From Uloborus diversus (taxonomy: Eukaryota), in the NCBI RefSeq assembly GCF_026930045.1, contig NC_072740.1, positions 29,364,384-29,428,383 on the forward strand: a DNA stretch of 64,000 nt, in the 5' to 3' direction. The notes below the pieces were generated by a model. The model was given only the letters and a program-made list of their open reading frames with translations. It was not told the origin of the DNA and did no database searches. The position numbers and the translations under genes were made by a program. Positions 46,260 to 57,250 of the stretch are shown here, one piece after another; positions within the stretch are counted from its first letter, which is position 1; each line of letters begins with the position of its first letter.

Positions 46260-46300
46260 GTATGGCCTCTTTTTCTACAAGCAGAAAAAAGAGGCCATAC
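46260..46300. other. Perfect 15-bp stem hairpin with ~10-nt loop (gtatggcctcttttt ctacaagcag aaaaaagaggccatac)
   Basis: Direct reading. Confidence 0.6.
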
Positions 46301-47739
46301 AAAAAGGGACGAATTTTTAAATATTTAGCTAAGCTTAACAAAAAGAACAAATTATACTGTTGTGTTTTTGTTCCTAAACTACTTGTGTTTTGATTCTCAC
46401 TAAAATTTTCTCTGCTTTAATTTAATTCATTCTATTTTACTTTATTTTATTTTCATTTATTTATTTTTTTCACGTAAAATTTTTTTGTGGTAAAAACCCG
46501 AAGTAAAATAAGATATTTTCCACCTAGTGTTTCTGTTTATAAAACTGAAGCACATTTTCTTGAGAGTTATACGCTCTGAAAAATTGCCCTTGTTTGGTCC
46601 ATTGTGCTCGGTGTTTGAGCACCCCCACTGGTTTTCAAAACCCGGTGACACTAAATTTTCAATATCTTTGATTTGAACAATGATTTCAAAATTCGGTAAA
46701 GCTATGATATAGAAAGTGTTCAATGTAAAAAACTTGTTCATGAAACAATTTTTCTCTTGATGTCTTTAAATCATGTCAATAAGTATATGTTTTGCAATTA
46801 ATAATTTATTAGTTCATGTTTAGTTTTGACAGTCAATAATTAGCGGCGCCCGAAGCTTAAATTTTTGAAAGGATGAAATTATTAATTTACCGAATGAAGT
46901 TTCAAATTTTACGGAATGACAAAACACGAGTATGCATAATTGCACGTGTAGCAAAATCTAACGAAAACAGACAATAGACATCCCTTTAAAGAATATTTTT
47001 ATGTTGTCTTCAAACTGTCAGACATTGTTTGACGCATAAGGAAATTTTGGGGAGTTCACGGTGACCTCCTGCGGCCTTTGCCAATAATATCCCCTATTTT
47101 GTACACAAAATATTCACCATAGTCTGCTTTAGTTCTCCGCACTAAGCATTGCATACAAGTTTCCTAATAAATAATTTCTTTGACACAATTTTCTATCTTT
47201 TCCTTTATAATTACCTCTGTTATTGGGTTTCACTTCCAACATATTATTTTTCTGAATATTTTTTTTTTTTCAAAACATCATCTAGATCACAATAAAGTTG
47301 ATAAAAATAAAAGAAAAATTAAATATATTTACAGAGAGAGACCAGCAGTTTTAAATATTTTCAAGGTAAAAAATGAAACTATCAAGGAATTCAAGAGTCA
47401 TGATAACTAAATGTAAATAAAAAGGGGAAAAAATACTTCAGATATCACTGCTAAATATCATCTCAGCTCAAACCGGTAAAAGCTTTTTCCTTGGGCTACA
47501 GACATTTGTTTTCCAAACAGATAAAAATTTTGAGGCGGAAAATTTGAAAATTTCACAATGGAAAACCAAAACAGTTAAATGTTTTTGAAAAAGAAAAATT
47601 GAGGCAAGATGTTTGATAACATGTTTTAAGAAATGAATGAAAATTTCGGGACGTAGCAATGTGGGGAGGGAGGCGTTTTATGAGCCTAATCCCATCATGT
47701 TACGTCACCAAAGGTAACCTAAAATTGCGAATTTTATAA

Positions 47740-48860
47740 ATTTAATTTCAGAAAAAAATTACCGAAGAGATTCCCCCAACCCACTTCTACTAACATCTTC
47801 AAAGTTTTTCTGAGTTTGCTTTTTATGAAACGTTAGTTTCAAAAAGTTTCCGAGTGTTTCTATATTTTCCGAACATTATCGAGATTTTTTTCATAGGACC
47901 TCAACTTTTGAACATCTGTGCAGGAGGGTCCCCCTCCCCTTCTTAGCATTTTGAAGATGGTCTAAAATTTCGAAAATTTTCCGGAAAAGAGTCCTCAAAC
48001 CCAATCCCTTTACCCAGCACCATCAGATGCATTAGAAGTCCTACAAATGCATATTTAGAGTTTTCTTTTCAAAGGCTTCATATCATAACAGATCGTCTAA
48101 AACTTTGTTTTTAAGTCCTCAAGCCCAAAGATTTTCCAGGGAAGTGACCTTGACTTCAGTATCCCCTACCCCCTTCTCCAACTCATTTAAAATCGCCTAA
48201 GATTAGGACCTGAATTTAGAAAAAAAAAAAAAAAAAATCCGGATAGCTGCAGAGTTCAGCCTTTCTCCAACATTATTAAAATTGTCTAAAGCTTTGTTTT
48301 TAGGACTTTAAATTCGAAAAATTTACGGAAGAGAGTTACCCAATTCCATCCCTCCTCCTTTTGTTATTAAAGATGACTCACAATAAAGTATTTAGGTTTT
48401 TGATTTCGAAAACTTTCTGGGGGAGAATGGCTTAACCCCATCCATTTCCCTAACATCATAAAAGATGTCTTCGAATGTTGCAGTCTTTAATTTCAAATAA
48501 GTTCCTTGCTAAAGCAACTCGCTCATCAAGAAAATATCCTCTAAAATTGTTTTAGGACCTCAATTTCTTCGTTGTCTCCCAGCATCATTAAAGTTTTTCA
48601 AAAACTTAGTTTTATGACTTTAATTTCGAAAAGGAAGGGGGAGAGTTCCGTAACCGATCCCTTTCTCTAACATCATCAAAGATGACCGTTACTTCGAGTT
48701 AAATGGCCTAAAATTGCATTTCTGAAGCGTCAATTTTGGCAAATTTCTGGAGTGCACCGGCAAATCCACAGCCCCCCCCCCCTTTTTGAACATTAACCAT
48801 GGGAAAATTGAAAATGAAACCCATCCCTTAATTTTCAAACTGGGGAAGGGGCGCGAAATT
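47740..48860 (-). repeat. Family A satellite array in inverted orientation
   Basis: Units such as ttttaggactttaaattcgaaaaatttacggaagagagttaccc are reverse complements of the 31.9-33.5 kb units; ~10 copies. Confidence 0.55.
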
Positions 48861-49212
48861 TTCACTTATCTCCCGGACGCTGCTACGCCTTTGAGAAAGA
48901 AGAGGGGGGGGGGGATACGATTTCGATACACTTCGAATATGTGAAGGGAGTAGGAGGGTGTAATCTCTAAGTTTGGCCTAGGGACGTAAATAGACGTTAA
49001 TCCGGCCCTGGTGTATACCATGCTGATCAAAAACTTAACTATACCGAAAGCAGATCTGAGCAAGTGACAATGCGTGATCTTTTCATTTCCCTCGGTCTTC
49101 CTTTCCGTCATTTAATGTCAACGATTTGTCGAACAAAAAACAATTTCTATTTTGAACCATCTTAAGTTGTTAAATAGTGTATGATTTTAAAAAACAATAA
49201 TTTTCCCAGTTT

Positions 49213-49740
49213 TCCCTTGATATTTTTGTAGTTCCAAACATCCTTTATATGTCCACAAAATGCAGAATTATACATAATATATTTCAAAATTTTCTCCGGG
49301 GGAAAAAACCCCGGGCCCCCTAAAATTTGCTGGTATTCTGTAGCCCCCTTAAAGAAGGTTGCCGCCAATGATCGAAAGTGATTTTTGACGGTGTTTTTGG
49401 TACCCAGCGAGCACAAATTTTTCTGTAACGCAACAGTTCTAGAGCTATAGAATGTAGGGACGATCTTGAAACTTCTGGAAATTGCATCGATAATTCACTT
49501 ATCATGAATCTTCGTTTCCTTAACCGCTTTGTCAACTCGTTGAACAAGGTCGTCTGTAGCCACAGACTTGCGCCCCAGACCCCCTTCATCATGCACATTA
49601 TTAATAATAATATTGTTAATAACAACATTAAAAAATAAATTTTCAGTGCATTTATTATTCTGTTAGTTTCTTTTATCTCTTTTAAAATGAAGCATAACTG
49701 GTAAAAGTAATAGATCCAGTGTTTCTTAGAATATGGCAAG
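49213..49740 (-). pseudogene. mariner-like transposase N-terminal HTH fragment within a truncated element
   Basis: Minus ORF segment (~49517-49364) FMISELSMQFPEVSRSSLHSIALELLRYRKICARWVPKTPS matches the mariner HTH block (..IA..L.VS...V...L...GM.K.CA.WVP..L). The terminus 49219-49330 is shared with the 55350 MITE. Confidence 0.45.
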
Positions 49741-49779
49741 ACAATTTTTCAGTAACTATACTTATACGTTAACGTTATA

Positions 49780-50240
49780 GGTTACGTTCGTCGACCTCGA
49801 CCGGCAGTTACCGGTCGGTTGATCACATGACAGTTATGACTTTAGACGAACAGCACACAGGTGAAAAAATATTTATTAGTGGCCAAAAAAGTCACACGCT
49901 TCAATCAACCAATCAGTTTAATTTGCAGTCTACCGGTAGATAATAGAACGCTGCAGTTAGTCACCAATCGACCAGTCGAGGCTTACGTTCGACGACCTTA
50001 ACCGGTAGCTACCGGTAGGTTGATCACATGGCAGCTATGACATCAGTGGTTACCTACCGGTTGCGTACCATCAAATGCTTCATGGAACGCTTGCGGTTGA
50101 TCACCGGTTACTTGCGCAGACACGGCGCAGACGAATAACACGCAGGAGAAAAGTACTTATAATTGGTCAAAAATGTCACGTGGTTCAATCAACCAATTAA
50201 ACAGCTTAAAGTGTGGTCGAACGGTAAATCACCCGGTGCG
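49780..50240 (+). repeat. GC-rich tandem duplication (2 units, ~200 and ~285 bp) carrying CCAAT-like and E-box-like motifs
   Basis: Unit 1 ggttacgttcgtcgacctcgaccggcagttaccggtcggttgatcacatgacag...gtcacacgcttcaatcaaccaatcag. Unit 2 gcttacgttcgacgaccttaaccggtagctaccggtaggttgatcacatggcag...gtcacgtggttcaatcaaccaatta. Confidence 0.6.
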
Positions 50241-50389
50241 GTTCAGTGGTGGCGATTGGGGGGGGGGAAGCAAGGGGGCGATTGCTCCGGCGTTTTTTTC
50301 ATCATCAAAGATTTCCTCAATATTAAGATTTTAATTTCAAACCATTCTGGGTTAGATTACCCGAACGTCACCAAGTATTGTCTGAAATT

Positions 50390-50880
50390 TCAGTTTTAAA
50401 ACTTCAATTTTGAAAATTTTCAGTTATAAAATCTCCGAGAGCACTCCTTCCTTTCTTTAATTTGAAAGACGACCTAAATTTGCATTATAAAGAATCGAGT
50501 TTGAGGAAAAAAAAACAGGAAAAGAATTCCCCTAGATAGCGTAAAACTACGTTTTTAAGGCTCCAACCTAGAAAAAAAATAAAAAAATCCGGAGATTTTT
50601 TTCTTAACTCCACAAAGGAAGTTTAATACTGAGTTCTTAGAGTAGATAGTAGTGGTAGTAGTTAGTAGTGAATTTCATCAGTTCAAAAAAGAAAAAAAAA
50701 TACTAGGAGAACCGCCGAACCCTTTTGTTCCTCCTTAAGTCAGAAGAAGAGAAGTCTGAAATAACGTTTTAAAAGAAGTTTAAAGAACGTTTTAAAATTT
50801 GCAAAACTTCCGGGAGCGAATCCCAAACCCTTTCTGGGGATTGTACTGCTCGGGACGTGCAGTCCTTGGGAAGGGGGCAA
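50390..50880 (-). repeat. Family A satellite-related short array (inverted orientation)
   Basis: Motifs of the form aattttgaaaattttcag..., tttaaaatttgcaaaacttccgggagcgaatccc. Confidence 0.4.
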
Positions 50881-53045
50881 TGTTACAAATTCTGTAAATA
50901 GTAAATATTTTTATGATTAATTTGTCGTAATCTAGCTAAATTTGGCGCTTATTAAATTATCTTTCGTCTAAAATTATTGTAGCAACGTAACATGTAAATA
51001 GTATTTTGTAATGAATATACAGCCCCCGTACATTCGGCTGAAGTATACGGTCCCCTCATTTCTGAATGATAAAATTTGCGAATGGAAAGAAATGAGAAAT
51101 TTGTAGAACGGAGTAGGATTTTCTGGAATATCTGAGAAGATCTCTTTCGATGTCTACAAACAGCCGTGCCGCATGATAAAAAGTCAGTTTCGACTGAGCC
51201 GTTGGGCTGAGAGCATGTATTTTGCTCTGTGTGTATTAGCCTTCTTTTTCGCTGTGTTGGTTTGCGTATTTGGATTTAAATACGTGTACCATCGTTGAGT
51301 ATACGGTGATAATTGATATTTGCCTAATTGCTATGGTGAATTTAGCAGTTGTTAACGATCTTTCATGTACATAGTGTAAATAAATCTCCTGCGTTTTTCT
51401 CAAGAACTGTGTCGCCATTTCAAGAAAGTTTGAAGCTGCACCGGAACCTTTAACAATACTAAACCCAATATAATGTCACCGAGATACTATGCAACGAGAG
51501 AGATTTTAATTAGGAACATTGTCATAATGTTTATAACACGAGGGCAAGGTTATTAAATAAACCCATACGTCATTTGAGTTTCTATAAATTAATTTATATT
51601 TAAATATAAAATGTTATTTGATTGAAAAAAATCAAAACTTCATAACATATAAGTTTTATTGAAGAATGAGGAACTTGCATGAGTCGGGTAATCGCGAAAC
51701 GTTGATTGATTTGATTAGACTAATACTTAAAACTCCCAAAAATCAACTCAGTTTTTAAAAAACTGGATTGGATTCCTCAAAATTACAACTTAAAGTTAGC
51801 TTAAAACGGAGCGAAGCTCACGTGACACAAAAAGGGGAGGAGCATGCACACGTCAAGATTCAGTCCCTGGGTTACAACAGAACCGGTTCCGAAGGAGTCG
51901 AAACGAAGGGGATAGGAGTGCAGAGTGGATTGCCGTTGTTTATCGAAAACAAAGATGCTCTTATTTTCATCTTCAGAAGAGGAAGGGGTGTACATCCTCG
52001 CTGAATCACCCATCCTCAACCCCCGAAATTCATACAACAAGAAAATTTACTTTGAATTGGACATCAATATTTTATTCACAAGTAAATTACTTCAAAGTGC
52101 AATTGTTTACACAATATAATAAATACAGAGCATTAATTGACACCTCTATATGTCATGGGCGTAGGGTTTATTTAGACCCCCCCCCCTTGAAAAATTCGAC
52201 ACAAGAAGAATTCATTTTGAGCTGTACATGATTAACTAATTCAAAATAAATTCAATTTAAAGTAAAATTTTAAAATTCATAAAGAAAACAAAAATGAATG
52301 ATTTATTTCTATATTTATAGTCTACCATTAAGAATTTTACAAACTAGAGCAGTGCCAGTGACTGCAGGGCCCGACTAATAAATGTGAGGCCTAAGGCCTA
52401 CAATGCTGTGGAAGCCCCCCCCCCCCTCTATTCTATCACTTTAAGTCAACACAAAATGATGTTTAACATTTACTTTAAAGATTCTTTTTTTCATTTTCAC
52501 AAAAATACATAATTTTTTAATGCTGTGCAGAAGTTTTTTTTTAAATTCGGGGCCCCTTAGGAAGAGGGACCTCAGGCCCAGGGCTAGTAGGCCTGTTCCT
52601 TAATTAGGCCCTGAATGATTGTCATAGCTTGCCAACTAACATTCATAAAACAGTGTTTGTGTTCATCAATGAGTCAGAGCAAATTAACACTACTTGCCAT
52701 TTTAGCCATGAAAAATAATGACGCTCAAAAAACAAATTTAGAAGATATCAAACAAATTGCTAGTGCCAAAGCTAGAAATAAGATACCTCTCCCCACATGG
52801 AATATGGGGGAATAAACCATCTTAATTTAATACTTTATAACATTAAGCAGACATCAACTTTACCTTTTTTATCTTTGTTCGTCAAATTTACGCGCTTTTT
52901 TTCCCTAATGGAGTTGTTTCCATCAGTCAAAAGTACTTTTAGTCACTGAAGTTAATAGAATGAAAAAGAAATAACACGGAGTCAGGAAAATCTTTTTTTC
53001 AATACGTTTAACTTTTATTTAATTTTTCAAACAAGGCGTGGTCTT

Positions 53046-53212
53046 TAAGACATCACAAGTGATGAAATTTGACGCGCACTCCACTTTCACGCTGAATGTT
53101 TACGCTTGCTGTGTAGCGCGTTTCCAGGTTATGATAATTCAGAAGCGAATTAAATATTGCGCTCTGCGCTAATGGCATCAGTGAAAGGTATTTCATCACG
53201 TGTGATGTCATG
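53046..53212. mobile_element. Small MITE/hairpin element with a 20-bp TIR (gacatcacaagtgatgaaat / atttcatcacgtgtgatgtc)
   Basis: One mismatch between the two 20-mers; they are separated by ~125 bp of GC-rich sequence. Confidence 0.45.
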
Positions 53213-53374
53213 TGCAGAAGTGTAAAAAAGGAAGTTGAATCTGCGCACAGATTAAAATGATTTGTAAAAGTATTAAACTTTGTCAAATTATTTAAAAAAA
53301 TGGTCAAATCCTATGTTTTTAAGCATGCTCTTTCAGAAAAAAATATTTCTAAATTTCGGAAACAACCCCATTCT

Positions 53375-53377
<3 letters not shown>

Positions 53378-53460
<83 letters not shown>
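53378..53460. repeat. (TA)n dinucleotide microsatellite, ~40 units
   Basis: Uninterrupted tatata... run. Confidence 0.95.
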
Positions 53461-53463
<3 letters not shown>

Positions 53464-54439
53464 TGCCTTTTCAAATTGCTATTATTGATCTGAAAAATAG
53501 CACACAATGGTTTTCAGATTGATTTAAATGCGTAGTTTTTTAACAGTATTCCTTTTTTCGAAAATTGTTTTTGAAAAGCTAACACCTAATAAATATAAAT
53601 AAAAGTTTCATTTAATAGTTTTTTAATATTTAGCACCTATATAATTCAGATTTTTATTCATTTACAATTAAATTACGAAGACGCTCGTCTATTGTGCATT
53701 GAAGTTACAACGAACCAGCTTCATTTCTCTGTTCGTATGGGGGGAGGGGGCGTTAACGTCACGTCTCCATACAACCCGGGTTTTGGACGCAGAAGTTAGA
53801 ACACAGCAAAGTAATACAAATTAATAAATGAAAACTATATTAATCTTTACTGTAACTACTTTCGAATTTTATACTTTTTTCCATATGTTTCGAAGTAAAA
53901 AGGAAATATGATTTTTAACTAAGAATTTTTGAGAATTGATCAATTCTTCAATACGTTTCTTCCTCATTTTTATTGCTTGCTCTTTAAGTATTTTATTTAT
54001 TTATTATTATTTTTATTCATGAATTTTGCAGACTAGAGATGCAAATCATTCAAAAAGCCCCTTCATTTTTTTTTAATCTTAAAAATTACTCAAAATTCAA
54101 ATAGAGACTTTTGAGTTCAATAACTGTTTTGAATGCAATAGTTGAAGCAGAGCAAAATGAAATAAATCAATACATGAAAAATAACATTCTATCCTCAAAG
54201 AAAATAAACTTGTTTCAATTCGAAGAGTAAAAAAAAAAAGAAAGAATAGTGATCAGGAATAGCTTTTATAAAAAGTAAAACAATTTTGTATAGCTAATAT
54301 ACAATTCTGTGAGTCTCTGTAAAATTTTTTTTGCAACAGAAGAGTGAAAATTACATTTTAGTTTTTTTTTCCCTCTCTCTCTCTTTTTAAATGGTGTTGA
54401 TGGCATTGCACTATTTTTATCTCTTGGTACACTTAAAGT

Positions 54440-54660
54440 ATTTAACTTGTTGTGTACGATGCTGAATATTTGCAATGAGATACAATATAGTACTTGCAGT
54501 TCGGCAATTTGTACGTGGAGCCATCTTGAGAATGCTAGCGATGTTCTATACACGCACGTGCGTCCTGCGCCAGAAGGAGCGGGGAGCGGAATGAATCTTG
54601 ACGTCATCAGCGGAGATAGGGAAACTAAGGCGGCGGGGCTAATCGGGAGATTTTAAGAAT
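54440..54660. promoter_or_regulatory. CpG-rich island with a 12-bp palindrome ACGCACGTGCGT (E-box core, 54552-54563) and a CRE TGACGTCA (54599-54606)
   Basis: Reads cacgcacgtgcgtcctgcgccagaaggagcggggagcggaatgaatcttgacgtcatcagcgg. Confidence 0.3.
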
Positions 54661-55349
54661 TAATTAAAATATAACTTTCAGCCCGAATGAATTAAAATCG
54701 GTATCTATCGTTATAAAATGGCCTAAATTTTCATTTAATGAAATAAAATAAAATTGCATGCATGTTCCTCATTGAGAAAAAAATTGGTGTATTGGGAAAG
54801 GTATAGATTTTTTTTTCCTTTTAAATTTAAAATAGTTGCTCTTACAAAGTTAGAACAATACTGTAAAATTGTACTATCTAGTACTAAATTTCAGAGACTG
54901 GAAAGGGCAAATGAAATGCCTTAAAAAATCTTAATTGTTCTTGGGTCCTTGAAAAGAATTAGGTCAGTCTTTGAAATTCCTAAGCAAAGCGTACTTCAAT
55001 TTCATTCATTATCAAGTGTATAAATTATGAATTGTCCAAATGGGCAGCATGTTACTCTCTTTTTACCTATTTTCTAAATCTGTACATCATTTCTTTTAAA
55101 GCATTTTTTACTACTGATCATTTTGTATTGAACTCGTCGTTGTATTTGTGGGTGGGTTGGAGGCGTGATCAAAAAGTAATTGAATTGAACCGACAGTCGA
55201 TGTAAGCAAATAACAATGCATAATCATCTGCTCTCCCTTGCTTTTTCTCTCTGAGTATACCGCTGTCATTGATTTGTCGACCCAAAAACAGTTTTTACTG
55301 GGTATTATCGTAATTTCCAAAAGAGTATAATTACCTCTTTTCCCCCCAA

Positions 55350-55621
55350 GATTTTTGTAAGTTCCAATTACCCCTAATAAGACTTCAAAACGCAGAATTT
55401 TAAATCTATTTTACAAATATTCCTCCGGGGGGAGAAACCCCCGGACCCCCAAAAATTGGAGATATTCTATACTCTACTTAAGAGCATTTTCCCTCTTAAG
55501 TTCAATTCAAAATGACAGCAAGCAACACAAAACACAAAAAAAGTAAAGCGTGGGAGGCACAGGAATAGAAAACAACAACATAGAGGGGGAGGGCTTTATT
55601 TAATAACCTTACAAAAGAGAT
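55350..55621. mobile_element. mariner-derived MITE (~270 bp), related to the 49213-49340 terminus
   Basis: TIR gatttttgtaagttccaatta (55350-55370) vs taataaccttacaaaagagatc (55601-55621). The interior (...caaaacgcagaatttt...ctccggggggagaaacccccggaccccc...) is co-linear with 49240-49330. Confidence 0.45.
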
Positions 55622-56599
55622 CAAAAACCTGAACTGGTTTGAGCCATGTTACGTCTAAGTCCAGCCTTGATTAAAACTAATGTTGCTCAAAAAAAAAAAA
55701 AAAAAAAAAAATCCTGCTACCCCTCCCCTCCCCCAGGAACTTAGTCCTAAATCCGCCTATGCCCCAGGGGCTTTCACAGAAATTTTGGGGAGTCACAAAT
55801 GACTTTTCCGCTCCTTCTCCATGTTGTTTACCCCTCTATATTTCACCTTTAGTTTATAACATATTGGGCATGCTTCAGGCTCCGGCCCGGGCCAACAGGT
55901 GGCCCTTCTCCACCCTGTGCACACCCCTGCCTATCCCACGCAACTGCTAACATCCTTCTCACGCTTTCTGTCGCCAAAGTTATTTCTAAAAACTCCTTTT
56001 ATCACTTTATGGCAAACCTTTTGTCTTTTATAACATTCCTATCAACTACAATCAATATATTAATGTGGCTTCATTTTTTTACTCTTTTTTCTGTCTAATT
56101 TTTTCCCCATTTAAGTGTTTCTTTTTTTCTGTTCTCATCGGTACCGTGGAATAATTTTGAAGCTTCCTAATATTTTTAGGCGAGTCTTTTTTTTTTAAAG
56201 TTAAGCTATCCGGTATTCGGCTGAGCTACTGATATATGTGTTGTTACTTTTTTCGTCATACATGGTCTATTGGTTTTAGTAAAACTATAATTATGTATGC
56301 AGTACTGCAACTGAAAAAAATTAATAACTTAATTTTTTGACATGCTGAAATGGAACCTGAGAGTTTTGGAAAAGAAAATAAATCTTACCACTTGGGAATA
56401 TTAGAAATATCTTACAAAATTAACTATAATTGCTTTTTATGCATCTAAACCTGAATAAAGTTTGTTTATTCATTTTTCCTAGACATATTTTCTTACTTTT
56501 AAATTATTTTTCCTACAAAGAATATTACTGATCTCATGAAACATTTCAACGTGAGTATGTCGTGCAGAGAGATCACCTGCAACTTTTTTAAATGAACGA

Positions 56600-57250
56600 A
56601 GTCGTTCAAATGAACGAGTTGGATGAAGGGATCAAAAGAATGAACGATCCTCTCATAAGCGGAACATTCTCGGTGCATTCGGGAACAAGGATCGGTCGCC
56701 TCGGTTCCACCGCAAGCGTTCGGAAACGCTTGCGGTGGAACAGGTGACGTGTCACTCTACCGCGTTCGGAAACGCTGCGGTCGTTTTCTGGCGGTCGACT
56801 TTGTAGCAACTTGTCGCACCGCTGTGTGGAAGCGGTTAGCGAGATCACCAACGTCACAAAGTCTGTGTTGGGCATTCCGGTCGTGTTTCATGTTTTGATC
56901 GTAACGCACGTGACTTTTCCATCACGAAAGTTACGCTTTTGATTGGAGCGTCGTTTGCTGCTAAACTAGAACTACCGCGGTGTAACCACGGGCGTTCGGA
57001 AACACAGCTGTTCTACCAGGCTTCCTAGAAAAATTCCAGATATGTCATAACCACACCGGACTAATCACGCGGTGTAATAACCGATGGATTATTTCCGAAC
57101 GCAGCCTCTTTAATCGAGTCTCAATGCGTTTTCAAATAGGGACTCAACCGTTTCGACCGCTTGTGGCTCGGTACCTGTTTCCAAATGTAGCTTGAAAATC
57201 GGTCTTTAGCTTTAAAAATTTGGCGAAGGAGAATTTTAGTTCGTTGAAAC
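56600..57250. promoter_or_regulatory. CpG-rich island with a perfect 14-bp stem / 4-nt loop hairpin (56706-56737) and a thrice-repeated motif gcgttcggaaacgc
   Basis: The hairpin reads ccaccgcaagcgtt cgga aacgcttgcggtgg. The motif occurs at ~56715, 56763 and 56993. cgcggtgtaa occurs twice. cacgtgac and gattgg motifs are also present. Confidence 0.3.

Noticed and set aside
46260-46300. Rho-independent terminator-like hairpin
   Set aside because: This is a eukaryotic genome and there is no upstream gene. It is recorded only as a structural hairpin or repeat fragment.
53280-53522. ORFs encoding (YI)n
   Set aside because: They are a translation artefact of the (TA)n microsatellite.
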